A stretch of 64,000 nucleotides of DNA from assembly GCA_964016885.1 (NCBI GenBank), contig OZ024759.1:10726001-10790000 (forward strand), read 5' to 3'. The first letter of the stretch is position 1, and each line of letters starts with the position of its first letter. Shown here piece by piece: positions 52,959 through 64,000 of the stretch. Under the pieces are notes generated by a model. The model saw only the letters and a list, made by a program, of their open reading frames with translations. It was not told the origin of the DNA and did not search any database. A program made the position numbers and the translations under genes. The stretch is from Eledone cirrhosa (taxonomy: Eukaryota).

Positions 52959-53082
52959 CTACATAATGGAGAGAAAGATACAATAGAAAAAATAAATTGC
53001 AGAATCAGCACAAGTGTGTTTCTGTGAACATTTTCCAGTCCCCAGATATTTTTCTGTCGCAATCCTGAAGGATGTTGAAGCC

Positions 53083-53345
53083 TATGTTTATCCCAGTTTC
53101 CTTGGTGTTAAGTGACAGCCCAAGGACAGGAGACCAATCCATCACAGGGTTAAATTCTGTCTCAAGCCTGAAAGCTCATCAGGCTGGTGTTTATACCAGT
53201 TTCCTTGGTGTTAAGTGACAGCCCAAGGACAGGACACCAATCCATCGCAGGGTTAAATTCTGTCTCAAGCCTGAAAGCTCATCAGGCTGGTGTTTATACC
53301 AGTTTCCTTGGTGTTAAGTGACAGCCCAAGGACAGGACACCAGTC
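53083..53345. repeat. 106-bp tandem repeat, about 2.5 copies
   Basis: ccagtttccttggtgttaagtgacagcccaaggacagga occurs three times. Confidence 0.85.
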
Positions 53346-53488
53346 TATTCTAGTGTCCTTTATTTGACTTATTTAACTATATTATTTATAGTTGTCAGTT
53401 CCCAGTAGTAACGACAATATGTGAAAAGTCAAGAAAAACCCACAGATGCGAACAATACATTGGTGATATATTAGTTTTATTAGCTTAA

Positions 53489-54821
53489 CCATTTAGCATT
53501 TAAACCAGCCTTTCTCAAAATAAATAATATCAAAATCTTCGATATTATGTGAGATAAAGCCTTTACTGTGAAAATACAATAGTAAATATAGAGTAATGTA
53601 AATGTTATGCGAGATATTATGTGAGATAAAGCCTTTACTGTGAAAATACAATAGTATATATAGAGTAATGTAAATGTTATGTGAGATAAAGCCTTTACTG
53701 TGACAATACAATAGTATATATATAGTAATGTAAATGTTATGTGAGATATTATGTGAGATAAAGCCTTTACTGTGACAATACAATAGTATATATAGAGTAA
53801 TGTAAATGTTATGTGAGATATTATGTGAGATAAAGCCTTTACTGTGACAATACAATAGTATATATATAGTAATGTAAATGTTATGTGAGATATTATGTGA
53901 GATAAAGCCTTTACTGTGACAATACAATAGTATATATAGAGTAATGTAAATGTTATGTGAGATATTATGTGAGATAAAGCCTTTACTGTGACAATACAAT
54001 AGTATATATAGAGTAATGTAAATGGTATGTGAGATATTATGTGAGGTAAAGCCTTTACTGTGAAAATACAATAGTATATATAGAGTAATGTAAATGTTAT
54101 GTGAGATATTATGTGAGGTAAAGCCTTTACTGTGAAAATACAATAGTATATATAGAGTAATGTAAATGTTATGTGAGATATTATGTGAGGTAAAGCCTTT
54201 ATTGTGAAAATACAATAGTAAATATAGAGTAATGTAAATGTTATGCGAGATATTATGTGAGGTAAAGCCTTTACTGTGAAAATACAATAGTATATATAGA
54301 GTAATGTAAATGTTATGTGAGATATTATGTGAGGTAAAGCCTTTACTGTGAAAATACAATAGTATATATAGAGTAATGTAAATGTTATGTGAGATATTAT
54401 GTGAGGTAAAGCCTTTAGTGTGAAAATACAATAGTATATATAGAGTAATGTAAATGTTATGTGAGATATTATGTGAGGTAAAGCCTTTACTGTGAAAATA
54501 CAATAGTATATATAGAGTAATGTAAATGTTATGTGAGATATTATGTGAGGTAAAGCCTTTACTGTGAAAATACAATAGTATATATAGAGTAATGTAAATG
54601 TTATGTGAGATATTATGTGAGGTAAAGCCTTTAGTGTGAAAATACAATAGTATATATAGAGTAATGTAAATGTTATGTGAGATATTATGTGAGGTAAAGC
54701 CTTTACTGTGAAAATACAATAGTATATATAGAGTAATGTAAATGTTATGTGAGATATGTGAGGTAAAACCTTTACTGTGACAATACAATAGTATATATAG
54801 AGTAATGTAAATGCTAAAGGG
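53489..54821. mobile_element. Same MITE expanded to about 17-18 internal 60/73-bp units
   Basis: TTAA flanks, TIRs, internal satellite. Confidence 0.85.
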
Positions 54822-54852
54822 TTAACGCTATGTGCGACTATATATATAGAGA

Positions 54853-54901
<49 letters not shown>

Positions 54902-54927
54902 TTTATTTATGTTCATACACGGAACAA

Positions 54928-55015
54928 AAGTGCTACCTACGGTTTCAAAGCCCAATATTGACCAAGTCTCCAAAATGTACTAGGGATGAAATTTGTGACC
55001 TATTCTTCAGGCCTT
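54928..55015 (-). ncRNA. Hammerhead motif with extended helix II and a short fold-back to about 55050
   Basis: Reverse complement: AAGGC-CTGAAGA-ATAGGTCAC...GGGCTTT-GAAA-CC-GTA-GG-TA-GCACTT. Confidence 0.6.
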
Positions 55016-55202
55016 ATAAGCGCCTGAAGATTAGGTCACAATTTTGTTACGTGTATGAACATAATATATCAGCTCTCTTCCCGATTGAGCAATACACGTG
55101 TGTGTGTATATATATATACATACATACACACACATATATATATATACATACATAATTTAATTTTGGATATATATACATACATACACACATCTATCTATCT
55201 AT

Positions 55203-55548
55203 CTAAGGCGGGTAAAATTCCCGAGATCCATGGACGAGTTCTCTCCAGCGGTCTCTGTCCCTCATTATCGCTGCCATGTCCTGCGTCTCCAACAGACCAG
55301 TGTCTGTCCTTAGGGCATCAACATATGTTAACCTTGGTCTTCCTCTTCTAGTGTGTTCATGTAGGGGCTCCCAAAGGAGCACTGAGTGCAATGTCAGCTC
55401 TGGATGTCGGTGAGCATGTCCAGCCAACCTCAGATGGTGGATGGGTGCTACACGAGAATGCTGAGGATGGCTCTGAACATTATTCAGTATACACTGAGGA
55501 TGAAAGACTCAGAGCTGTATGGGAGCATCCCAAAAGTCAGCTCAAAAG
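55203..55548 (-). mobile_element. RTE-related LINE 3' fragment with an inverted 5' segment; second copy at 60070-60245 (+)
   Basis: Minus strand AGHAHRHPE..LLWEP...RGRPRLTYVD; plus strand DGCYTRMLRMALNI. Confidence 0.75.
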
Positions 55549-57016
55549 TGACATACACACATATGTATACATATACACACACACATTGTAGTATGTATAC
55601 AGACACAAGTGTGTGTATATATATATGGTGGCTGCCAACTCGTTTTCGAGTACGGCCACTACTTTATATCCATGTAGGAGAACCCCTACCGATGCGCTGA
55701 ACGAGTGTGACTTTTTAGTCCAGCCAGCGACTTGAAAACTCTGGTACAAACACTACACTTGTGACAATTATTGACACATAGTGCTGGGCCCATGGTACCA
55801 TGTGACGACAAGTGCAGAGAGATCTCCAGATATAAAGCAATGCCTGTGCCGTGAAGCTTTTATAGTGAGCAAAGGCACTGCACAAAGCCAGTCCCACTCT
55901 CTTAACCAAGATGATATTTACCAAAAAGAAGAACAAGTCAACATCATTGGATACCATCAGGGTTGCAGGTGTTATATCAGAGTTTTCCTTCTCCTAGAAT
56001 TCTGCCTTGACAAAGGCTAAGGGAAGTCTATGTAGTATGTATACAGATACAACAGTGTGTGTATATATATATATATAGGAAAAAGTATGACCCCGACGGC
56101 AGAGCTCAAGCCGTTTCGACGCCTATTTCTGGACGAAACTGCTTGAGCTCTGCCGTCGAGGTCATACTTTTTCCCATTTCCCACTCTACTACCCAAAGTA
56201 TTGAGTACTCTGGTGCGTTATGGTCCATCTGGTTCCTTACCACAATTCCTTTGTTATATATATAGATATAAGTAGAAGGGATATTTAATTTGTTGGAAAT
56301 TCAACAAATATAAATGTTTATAACTGATTCAGAGCACTCAACAGTTTCTGGAGTAAATATTCAATGATATTAAATAAACCCCACTCCCCTCCATATATGT
56401 ATATATATATGTAAGTATGTATGTATACGTACATACATATATGTATACAGACGTACAGTAGCATGCATATATATATATATATATGTACATATATGCACGC
56501 ATCGGTTTAGCGGACGCTTATTATAACGCCGCTTTGTTCGTTTGTAAACAAACTGAACAGCCTGAATTTATGCCATACGGTGTTAAGGCAACCACGTCAC
56601 CTTTTTGTTCAACACTGACACAGGAACGATGTACTATTTTCAAGCTTGTTAGCTATCATCAGCACCGTATACCCATCTGCCAGATAGTTGAACGTTCGAA
56701 AGTATACTTTCCTTATGAAAATTAACGGCTGAGCAGCCTAATTTGCATATTGAGTGCCATACTAAGAGTGAGAAATGAAATTTCGTTTTCATTTTATTTC
56801 AACTTATATATATATGTATATAAAATATTAAAAAAAATAATGAATAAAACAATGAAACAGTTCCTTATATTAAACAAAAAAAGTTCATTATTTAACGATC
56901 GTTTCTAGGATATATATGTGTTAGAATTGGCATGCATATTCAACAGATCTATGTACAAAATTATACAAACTATCAAAATTAAATATACATACCAACACAT
57001 ATATATGCCGTCTTCA

Positions 57017-57152
57017 TTATTTCTGAAGACGGCATATATATGTGTTGGTATGTATATTTAATTTTGATAGTTTGTATAATTTTGTACATAGATCTGTTGA
57101 ATATGCATGCCAATTCTAACACATATATATCCTAGAAACGATCGTTAAATAA
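57017..57152 (+). ncRNA. Hammerhead motif with about 100-nt helix II within the fold-back 56820-57219
   Basis: TTATTT-CTGAAGA-CGG-CATATATATGTGTTGG...CTAACACATATATAT-CCTA-GAAACGATCGTT-AAATAA; palindrome AACGATCGTT. Confidence 0.72.
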
Positions 57153-57419
57153 TGAACTTTTTTTGTTTAATATAAGGAACTGTTTCATTGTTTTATTCAT
57201 TATTTTTTTAATATTTTATCTTGACTCTGTATTCCGTTTATCTTTCACCGAAAGTGATATTTCATTGCATCTCTTCTTTCTATGATATCCGGATTACATT
57301 GAGTTCTTCATACGGATTGGACACTACCGTAAACTCTTGGTAGATTTATCTACATATATATGTATATATATATATAGATATATATGAAGGGGAGTGGGGT
57401 TTGTTTTTAATAGATCCAG

Positions 57420-57632
57420 ATGTATATTTAAAACCATTGTTTAAATAAAAACGTATAAATATAAAAGACGTTAAAATAAAACAAGATTTTTTTTTAAGCA
57501 AAGGAAACACAAACAACAATAATAATGTATATTTAAAACCATTGTTTAAATAAAAACGTATAAATATAAAAGACGTTAAAATAAAACAAGATTTTTTTTA
57601 AGCAAAGGAAACACAAACAACAATAATAATAA
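57420..57632. repeat. Tandem duplication of about 105 bp
   Basis: atgta..tttaaaaccattgtttaaataaaaacg...ggaaacacaaacaacaataat occurs twice. Confidence 0.85.
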
Positions 57633-57874
57633 TAAGTCCAATAAAAATAAGAAAGTCAAGAAATAAATTTAAAAAATTTAAAGGAAGAGAAAATTTCTGC
57701 AGCGTCAGAAGGTGAAGCATGTCTGTTAAGTTGTCACATGTAATTGTAGAAGAAACGATCGTTATTGGAAAATTAATCATTATATAGTCATCGATATCAA
57801 TGATTCTAAAGCAATTTTAATTTCACAAATTGAAAAGTAAGATATAAAAATATCAACGAGAAATTGATATTTAC

Positions 57875-57900
57875 CAGACCATAGTACTTTCGATCACCAT
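57875..57900 (-). CDS. PSMD4: PSMD4/Rpn10 exon 1 (MVIESTMVC)
   Basis: ATG GTG ATC GAA AGT ACT ATG GTC TG|gtaaat; matches the conserved Rpn10 N-terminus. Confidence 0.9.
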
Positions 57901-58322
57901 TTTGTCCGATTTTCCTTCTGTAAAACAGCACTGCTGTGAATAATTTCCATCATGTGATTCGTTAATAATTTTATGAAATATATATTTTTTAAAAAAAGGT
58001 AGATTTTTTTATTATATTTGTAATATGTCAAAAATCTTTCAGTGAAATATTTGACGAATATAAATAAAATCTGAATTATTTAAATGTTCATTGTTGTTTT
58101 TGTTATTTTTTTTCTTCGGAGTCGTAAATTTTTCTTAACCTCTGATTAGACGACAGTAAATTGTAAACTTCCGCTATAAAAAATATGTCTTTTTAAACGT
58201 GAATTTCATTTTATATAAATTAACTTTTTTTCTTTGAAATGACACATGACCTGAAGTATATATAATATTAACAATGAAATTGTATGATATTTGAGATTTT
58301 CTGAAGTCCTTTAGCGGCATTA
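57901..58322. promoter_or_regulatory. Putative bidirectional promoter for PSMD4 and the RCCD1-like gene
   Basis: Short repeat-free interval between divergent first exons; ETS-like ACTTCCGC near 58167. Confidence 0.5.
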
Positions 58323-58342
58323 ATGAAATCGGAAATTGAAAG
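58323..58342 (+). CDS. Possible first micro-exon of the RCCD1-like gene (MKSEIE-R), or end of a 5'UTR exon
   Basis: ATG...GAAAG|GTAAGT strong donor about 420 bp from the PSMD4 ATG; joins in frame to AG|G ATG TCG at 62372. Confidence 0.45.
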
Positions 58343-59704
58343 GTAAGTTTAGCGGTGTCTAATTAAAGGTAATCTCCGAAAATAGGTAACTAAATTAATT
58401 ATTTATCTAATTTTCCTCCTTTTTCTCGAATATAAACTTCTGAGTATGTGTGGTTGTATTCTAACGAATGATTCAACTCTTATCATCCTGTAATTATTTT
58501 GGTAAAAAATATCTAAAAAACGGGTTTGTTAATTCAAATGTTTATAGTATCTTTACTAGGGGAAGGGTCGTTATGAAAAATAGCAGTATTAAAGTAAAGA
58601 CTTTGATATTTAATGTGATACAATCAATTTGCTGTTTTGTACTTTTCTAGAATGTTTTGCTAATGTGGTTTGTTAACTCAAATGGTCATAGTATCTTTAC
58701 TAGTGGACAGATTGTTGTGGAAATTGGCAGTATTAAAATAATTGTTTCTACTTTTGGCACAAGGCCAGCAATTACTTAGTACATTACTAGTACTTTATTT
58801 TATCGACCCCGTAAGGATGAAAGGCAAAGTTGACCTCGGCGTGATTTGAACTCAGAATAGAAAGGGTTGTAACTCTATGCGTCAAAGCATGACGTCCGAC
58901 CCCCTACCGATACTGCCAATCCACCTAATGACTTTAATTTCTAATGTGATGCAGTCCTAATAAATTGGTATCATACGGTACAGGACGTTAAGAGTTAATT
59001 TTCTGTTTTCTTTTTTTAAAGGGAAACAATATATATATATTAAAAACAATTTAATTTAATTTTATAATATTATTTTTATATTATTGGTAGATCTAGATCT
59101 ACCAAACCAAACCAAATTGTAAAATTATAATATTATAAAATTAAATTAAATTGTTTAGAACTACAAGTGAAGTCATTCTTTTCCTTTTTTAAAATATACC
59201 TAACTGTACCAAGGGTTTCACACATTTTCCAATATATTTGCAAGAGATGTCAACATGAATGGACCTGTTATTTTTATCTAAAGACATTTTTTCCAATTCC
59301 ACCCTGCCTGTCCCCTCAATCTATCTTATTTCTCATTCTTTCTTCTGTTGAAGGACTAGCGTCCAAAACGTTAAGACCCTCTTCTTGCTATATCAAGCGT
59401 TAACCTAATATATACCTTCCATATACTGTACCGATTGTGTTGTTATTTCTGTTTACCTTTTACATATATATATATATATAGGGAATGTAACATCCAGTTA
59501 ATGTAGGTTCACCAGATGCTTAGTCTCTCGTCGGTAAAGAGGTGTAGAACTAAGCAGAGTGTAATTGTAATAATAAAAGGCCGATTTGTTTGTCTTATTT
59601 CCGTTCATTGAGTAGTGTTTCGCTATTGATCAGCTCAAGGTTCGATCTAGTCCGACTCTGGAATCATATACATTTATAGTGTTATCATCATCATCTAGTT
59701 TTTG

Positions 59705-60050
59705 ATTATGCAAGACACAATTTATTTCTAAGCAGGGGTGGGTCCTGCCTGACAGCGCTCCGTAGTGTCCCACTCCATGTGTTTCTGTCCACCGGTCTCA
59801 CTTGGGCCTGGCTAAGCCTAGCTTGATTTCGATGGACATCCTCCATCCAAGTCCTTTTTGGTCTTCCTCAGTCTCTACTGCTTCCAAGATTGACATTCAT
59901 CACTTTGCTGATACAGCCCTCACTGCACTCAGCATGGCCTTACCACCGTATGCGTCTCGTGTGAAGCACATCCTTGAGATCGTCAGTCAGGAGCTCAGTT
60001 GAGCTGACATCATCCTCAGTGGTCACACCATACATTCAGGGGATCATAGC
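59705..60050 (-). mobile_element. Degenerate non-LTR retrotransposon 3' fragment
   Basis: GC-rich; decayed RTE-like C-terminal pattern. Confidence 0.45.
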
Positions 60051-60279
60051 TCTGTATATAATATAATAAACCAGCTATGGGAGCCCCTGCATGGACACAC
60101 TGGAAGAGGAAGACCGAGGTTAACATATGTTGATGCCCTAAGGACAGACACTGGTCTCTTGGAGACGCAGGACATGGCAGCGATAATGAGGGACAGAGAC
60201 CACTGAAGAGAACTCGTCCATGGATCTCGGGAATTTTACCCACTCTAGATATATATATATTCTCATAAATTGCTACAAA

Positions 60280-61770
60280 GTTAAAGGGGATGCTCTGGAG
60301 AGGAGCAATTATAGGGGTATAAAACTGATGGATCAGGTTATGAAAGTGGCAGAACAGATATTAGCACAACTAATTAGAGAAAGGGTCAAACTAGATGAGA
60401 TGAAGTTTGGTTTTGTGCCTGGGAAGAGTACAACAGATGCCCTCTTCTTGGTGAGACAATTACAAGAGAGGTTCTTAGAGAAGAATAAGCCACTATACTT
60501 AGCCTTTGTTGACCTAGAGAAGGCCTTTGATAGGGTACCCCGATCTGTCATCTGGTGGTCCCTAAGGAAACTAGGTGTTGAGGAATGGCTTGTGAGGACA
60601 GTGCAAACTTTGTACAGAGGTACTGTCAGTAAAGTCAGGGTAGAAATGGAGTTTAGTGAGGAATTCCAGATACAAGTAGGAGTTCATCAAAGTTCGGTCC
60701 TTAGCCCGCTCTTGTTCATTATAGTCCTCCAAGCCATAACAGAGGAGTTTAAGACTGGCTGTCCATGGGAACTTTGCTATGCTGACGATCTGGTTCTTAT
60801 AGCAGAATCAGTAGAGGAGCTAGAGAATAAATTCTGGCTATGGAAACAGCAGTTGGAAGCAAGAGGACTGAGAGTGAACCTAGCTAAGACAAAAGTGTTG
60901 ATGAGTAGAAAAGAGGACAAAACTCTGATTCTGTCAGGGAAATGGCCATGTTCGATATGCAGAAAAGGAACTGGCATAAATTCTATAAAATGCACACAAT
61001 GCAGATCCTGGGTACACAAGAGATGTAGTGGGATAGCAGGCAAACTAACAAGTAGGGAGAAATACGTATGCAGTAGATGTACAGTGAAATTAGACAGTAG
61101 AAGTCGCACTGATAGACACATTTTTCAAATGCAGGCGGATGCTATAGAAGTGGTGGATAGCTTCCGGTACCTAGGAGATCAGATTAGCATGGGAGGGGGT
61201 GTTCCGAGGCCATAGTATCTAGAATAAGGATGGGTTGGAAGAAGTTTAGGGAGCTGCTTCCTCTGCTGACAAAGAAAGGTTTTTCCCTGCTTACGAAAGG
61301 CCGGTTATATGATGCCTGTGTGAGGAGCGCGATGCTGCATGGTAGTGAGACATGGACAGCAACTGCAGAGGATATGCGACGGCTGGAGAGAAATGAGGCA
61401 AGCATGCTCCGTTGGATGTGCAATGTCAATGTGCGCGAACGACCCAGCATGGATGTGTTGAGAGAGAAACTGTGTCTGAGAAGGATAGAATGTAGTGTGC
61501 GAGAGAGGAGACAACGGTGGTATGGACATGTGATGCGCATGGAGGATGACCGATGGGTGAAGAAGTGCCAGGAAATGCCAGTTGAAGGAAGACGTGGTAG
61601 AAGTAGACCACGAAAAACATGGGCGGAGGTGGTGAGAACAGACCTCAGATCGCTGAAGCTCACGGTGGAGATGACGACGGACCGTGACAAGTGGAGAGAT
61701 GCTGTGCTGAATATGACCCGTCCCATCCTTGCAAGCAGGGAAGAGCGGACGTAAAATGATGATGATGATT
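60280..61770 (+). mobile_element. 5'-truncated RTE-clade LINE (RT, one frameshift near 61200) with (GAT)n tail
   Basis: NYRGIKLM, FVDLEKAFDRVPR, GVHQSSVLSPLLF, YADDLVL, FRYLG, RWYGHVMRM. Confidence 0.93.
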
Positions 61771-61887
61771 ATCATAATCACCATCATAGACGAGGGTCAG
61801 CTGAAAAGTTCATAGGCTGACTATGAAGGAGTGATGCTAGGGCTGTGAAATCTTGCATCTATTAATTTCAACTCTTATTATTATTAA

Positions 61888-62270
61888 GGGCGGTGGATTG
61901 GCAGTGTCGGTAGAGGGTCAGACGCCATGCTTTGCAGCAAAGAGTTACGGCCCTTTATGGTCTGAGTTCAAATCCCGCCGAGGTTAACTTTGCCTTTCAT
62001 CCTCACGGGGTCGATAAAATAAAGTACCAGTAATACACTGGGTAATTGCTGGCCTTGTGCCAAAAGTAGAAACAATTATTATTAACTGCAGGGCAGTGGA
62101 TTGGCAGTATCGGTAGAGGGTCGGACGCCATGCTTTGCAGCAAAGAGTTACGACCCTTTATGATCTGAGGTTAACTTTGCCTTTCATCCTTACGGGGTCG
62201 ATAAAATAAAGTACCAGTAATACACTGGGATAATTGCTGGCCTTGTGCCAAAGGTAGAAACAATTTTATT
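61888..62270 (+). mobile_element. Two tandem copies of a second SINE family; other copies near 6897, 14205, 14425, 15355, 28490, 33285, 39925, 52210, 58740
   Basis: ggcggtggattggcag...gagttcaaatccc...gcctttcatcc..ggggtcgataaaataaagtaccag...ggccttgtgcc core. Confidence 0.85.
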
Positions 62271-62371
62271 AACTACATTGTTTCTTTCCAGGGACTATGT
62301 TGAAAAATAAACCTCATTTGGTCATTCCATGAGAGTATCTTGGTCAGCTGACCTCCGTATATATATATAAG

Positions 62372-62535
62372 GATGTCGGAAGTGTGGGCTTGTGGATTCA
62401 ATGGTTTTTCACAACTGGTACCAGATTCCACAGAATCAAAGATAAAAACTCTCCAAGTGGTACATATAGATCTTGAAGATAAAGAAAAACTTATTGAGTG
62501 TGAAATATCATGGTCATTTATTGTATGGCTCACAG
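62372..62535 (+). CDS. RCCD1: RCC1-domain protein (RCCD1-like) N-terminal exon; the gene continues beyond the window
   Basis: MSEVWACGFNGFSQL...EISWSFIVWLT resembles the RCCD1 GFxGFxQ...SWS pattern; donor ACAG|GTAAAT. Confidence 0.65.
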
Positions 62536-63121
62536 GTAAATATATTTCTGTGTTCATTTTATCTTTTATTTTCTTTGTTTCTGCTGTGTCAACGACAGAA
62601 TAACTTCTCTAGTGTTTCATTAACTACACGATAAACGCACCCTGTACTCTCGGGTCTTGAATAATCGATTGTAAAGTGGTCTGTGTTAGGAAGAGCCTCC
62701 AGCCGTAGAAAGCTGGCCAAAAAAGTGCTGGTGATCTACATGATAAACACACCCAGTACACACTGTAAAGCGGTTGGTATTAAGTAAAGCATCCAGCTGT
62801 AGTCATCTTGCCAAATAAGTAATTAGGGGGATCCTTCAGTTTGTGTCAAAAGACATGACAACTTCTCCCCTTCACTCAATAATGACCATATGTAAGCAAG
62901 ATACAGACCTCCTTAGCCTGTCTGGGACACTTGGGGCCCCATTTCAGTACTGACTTGGTCTATGTAGACTTGTCCAACCCTTGCTAGCATAATAATAACA
63001 ACTGTTAGATAAAGAGTATTAGAATATTTGTTCTAGTTTTGTGCATTTTGAGTTTAAATTCCATTTCTGGTCATTAGAAAAAAAAAATTATATAAGAATA
63101 GTGAAAATTTTTGTTTTTTTA

Positions 63122-63875
63122 CCCTTTAGTATTTACACCAGCCATATCTGGTCAGAATTCTCTCACTGCTTTCTATTCAAACCAGCCATAATCAACCACT
63201 CATACTGATGTTAAGGTATTGTTTTCAAAATAAATAATATCAAAATCTCATAGATTCAATATTATGTGAGGTAAAGCCTTTTCTGTGAGAAAGCAATAGT
63301 ATATATAGAGTAATGTAAATGCTATGTGAGATATTATGTGAGTTAAAGCCTTTATAGTGAAAATACAATAGTATATATAGAGTAATGTAAATGTTATGTG
63401 AGGTAAAGCCTTTACTATGAAAATACAATAGTATATATAGAGTCATGTAAATGTTATGTGAGATATTATGTGAGGTAAAGCCTTTACTGTGAAAATACAA
63501 TAGTATATATAGAGTAATGTAAATGTTATGTGAGATAAAGCCTTTACAGTGAAAATACAAAAGTAGATATAGAGTAATGTAAATGTTATGTGAGATATTA
63601 TGTGAGGTAAAGCCTTTACTGGGAAAATACAATAGTAGATATAGAGTAATGTAAATGTTATGTGAGTTATTATGTGAGGTAAAGCCTTTACTGTGAAAAT
63701 ACAATAGTATATATAGAGTAATGTAAATGTTATGCGAGATATTATGTGAGGTAAAGCCTTTACTGTGAAAATACAATAGTATATATAGAGTAATGTAAAT
63801 GTTATGCGAGATATTATGTGAGGTAAAGCTTTTACCATGAAAATATAATAGTATATATAGAGTAATGCTAAAGGG
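63122..63875. mobile_element. Same MITE with about 8-9 internal units
   Basis: TIRs plus tandem units. Confidence 0.8.
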
Positions 63876-64000
63876 TTAAAAGATACTCACTAGTAAAGTT
63901 TGACTTGCAATAAACAGCAGCTAAATTCTATCAGTGATGGCTTGGTATTTAACCATTCTGATAGCAGCCATTATTCTATGATACTGACTTGTTTAAAGAG

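Noticed and set aside
53493-54788. 431-aa ORF (FHSKGFTSHNI repeats)
   Set aside because: Read-through of MITE internal tandem units

Overview
AT-rich, repeat-dense animal genomic DNA. The SINE/LINE complement and (TA)n density suggest an octopod cephalopod, which is an inference. Three genes can be built from the sequence: a complete RNF103 (+, 3 coding exons, 736 aa), a complete PSMD4/Rpn10 (-, 11 coding exons, 390 aa) and the 5' part of an RCCD1-like gene (+) lying head-to-head with PSMD4. Introns and intergenic DNA contain RTE and CR1 LINE fragments, two tRNA-headed SINE families, TTAA-flanked piggyBac-type MITEs with expanding internal tandem repeats, and several large satellites. The most unusual signal is a set of short fold-back (inverted-repeat) elements from several unrelated sequence families, each embedded in (TA)n. 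They carry type I hammerhead-ribozyme motifs (CUGANGA...GAAA...UH), often with palindromic helix III, and in one family helix II shows compensatory changes. This resembles Penelope-like-element/retrozyme pLTR remnants. PSMD4 intron 9 also contains an antisense, spliced (exon 7-8 junction) copy of PSMD4 mRNA. All RNA folds were done by eye and activity is untested.
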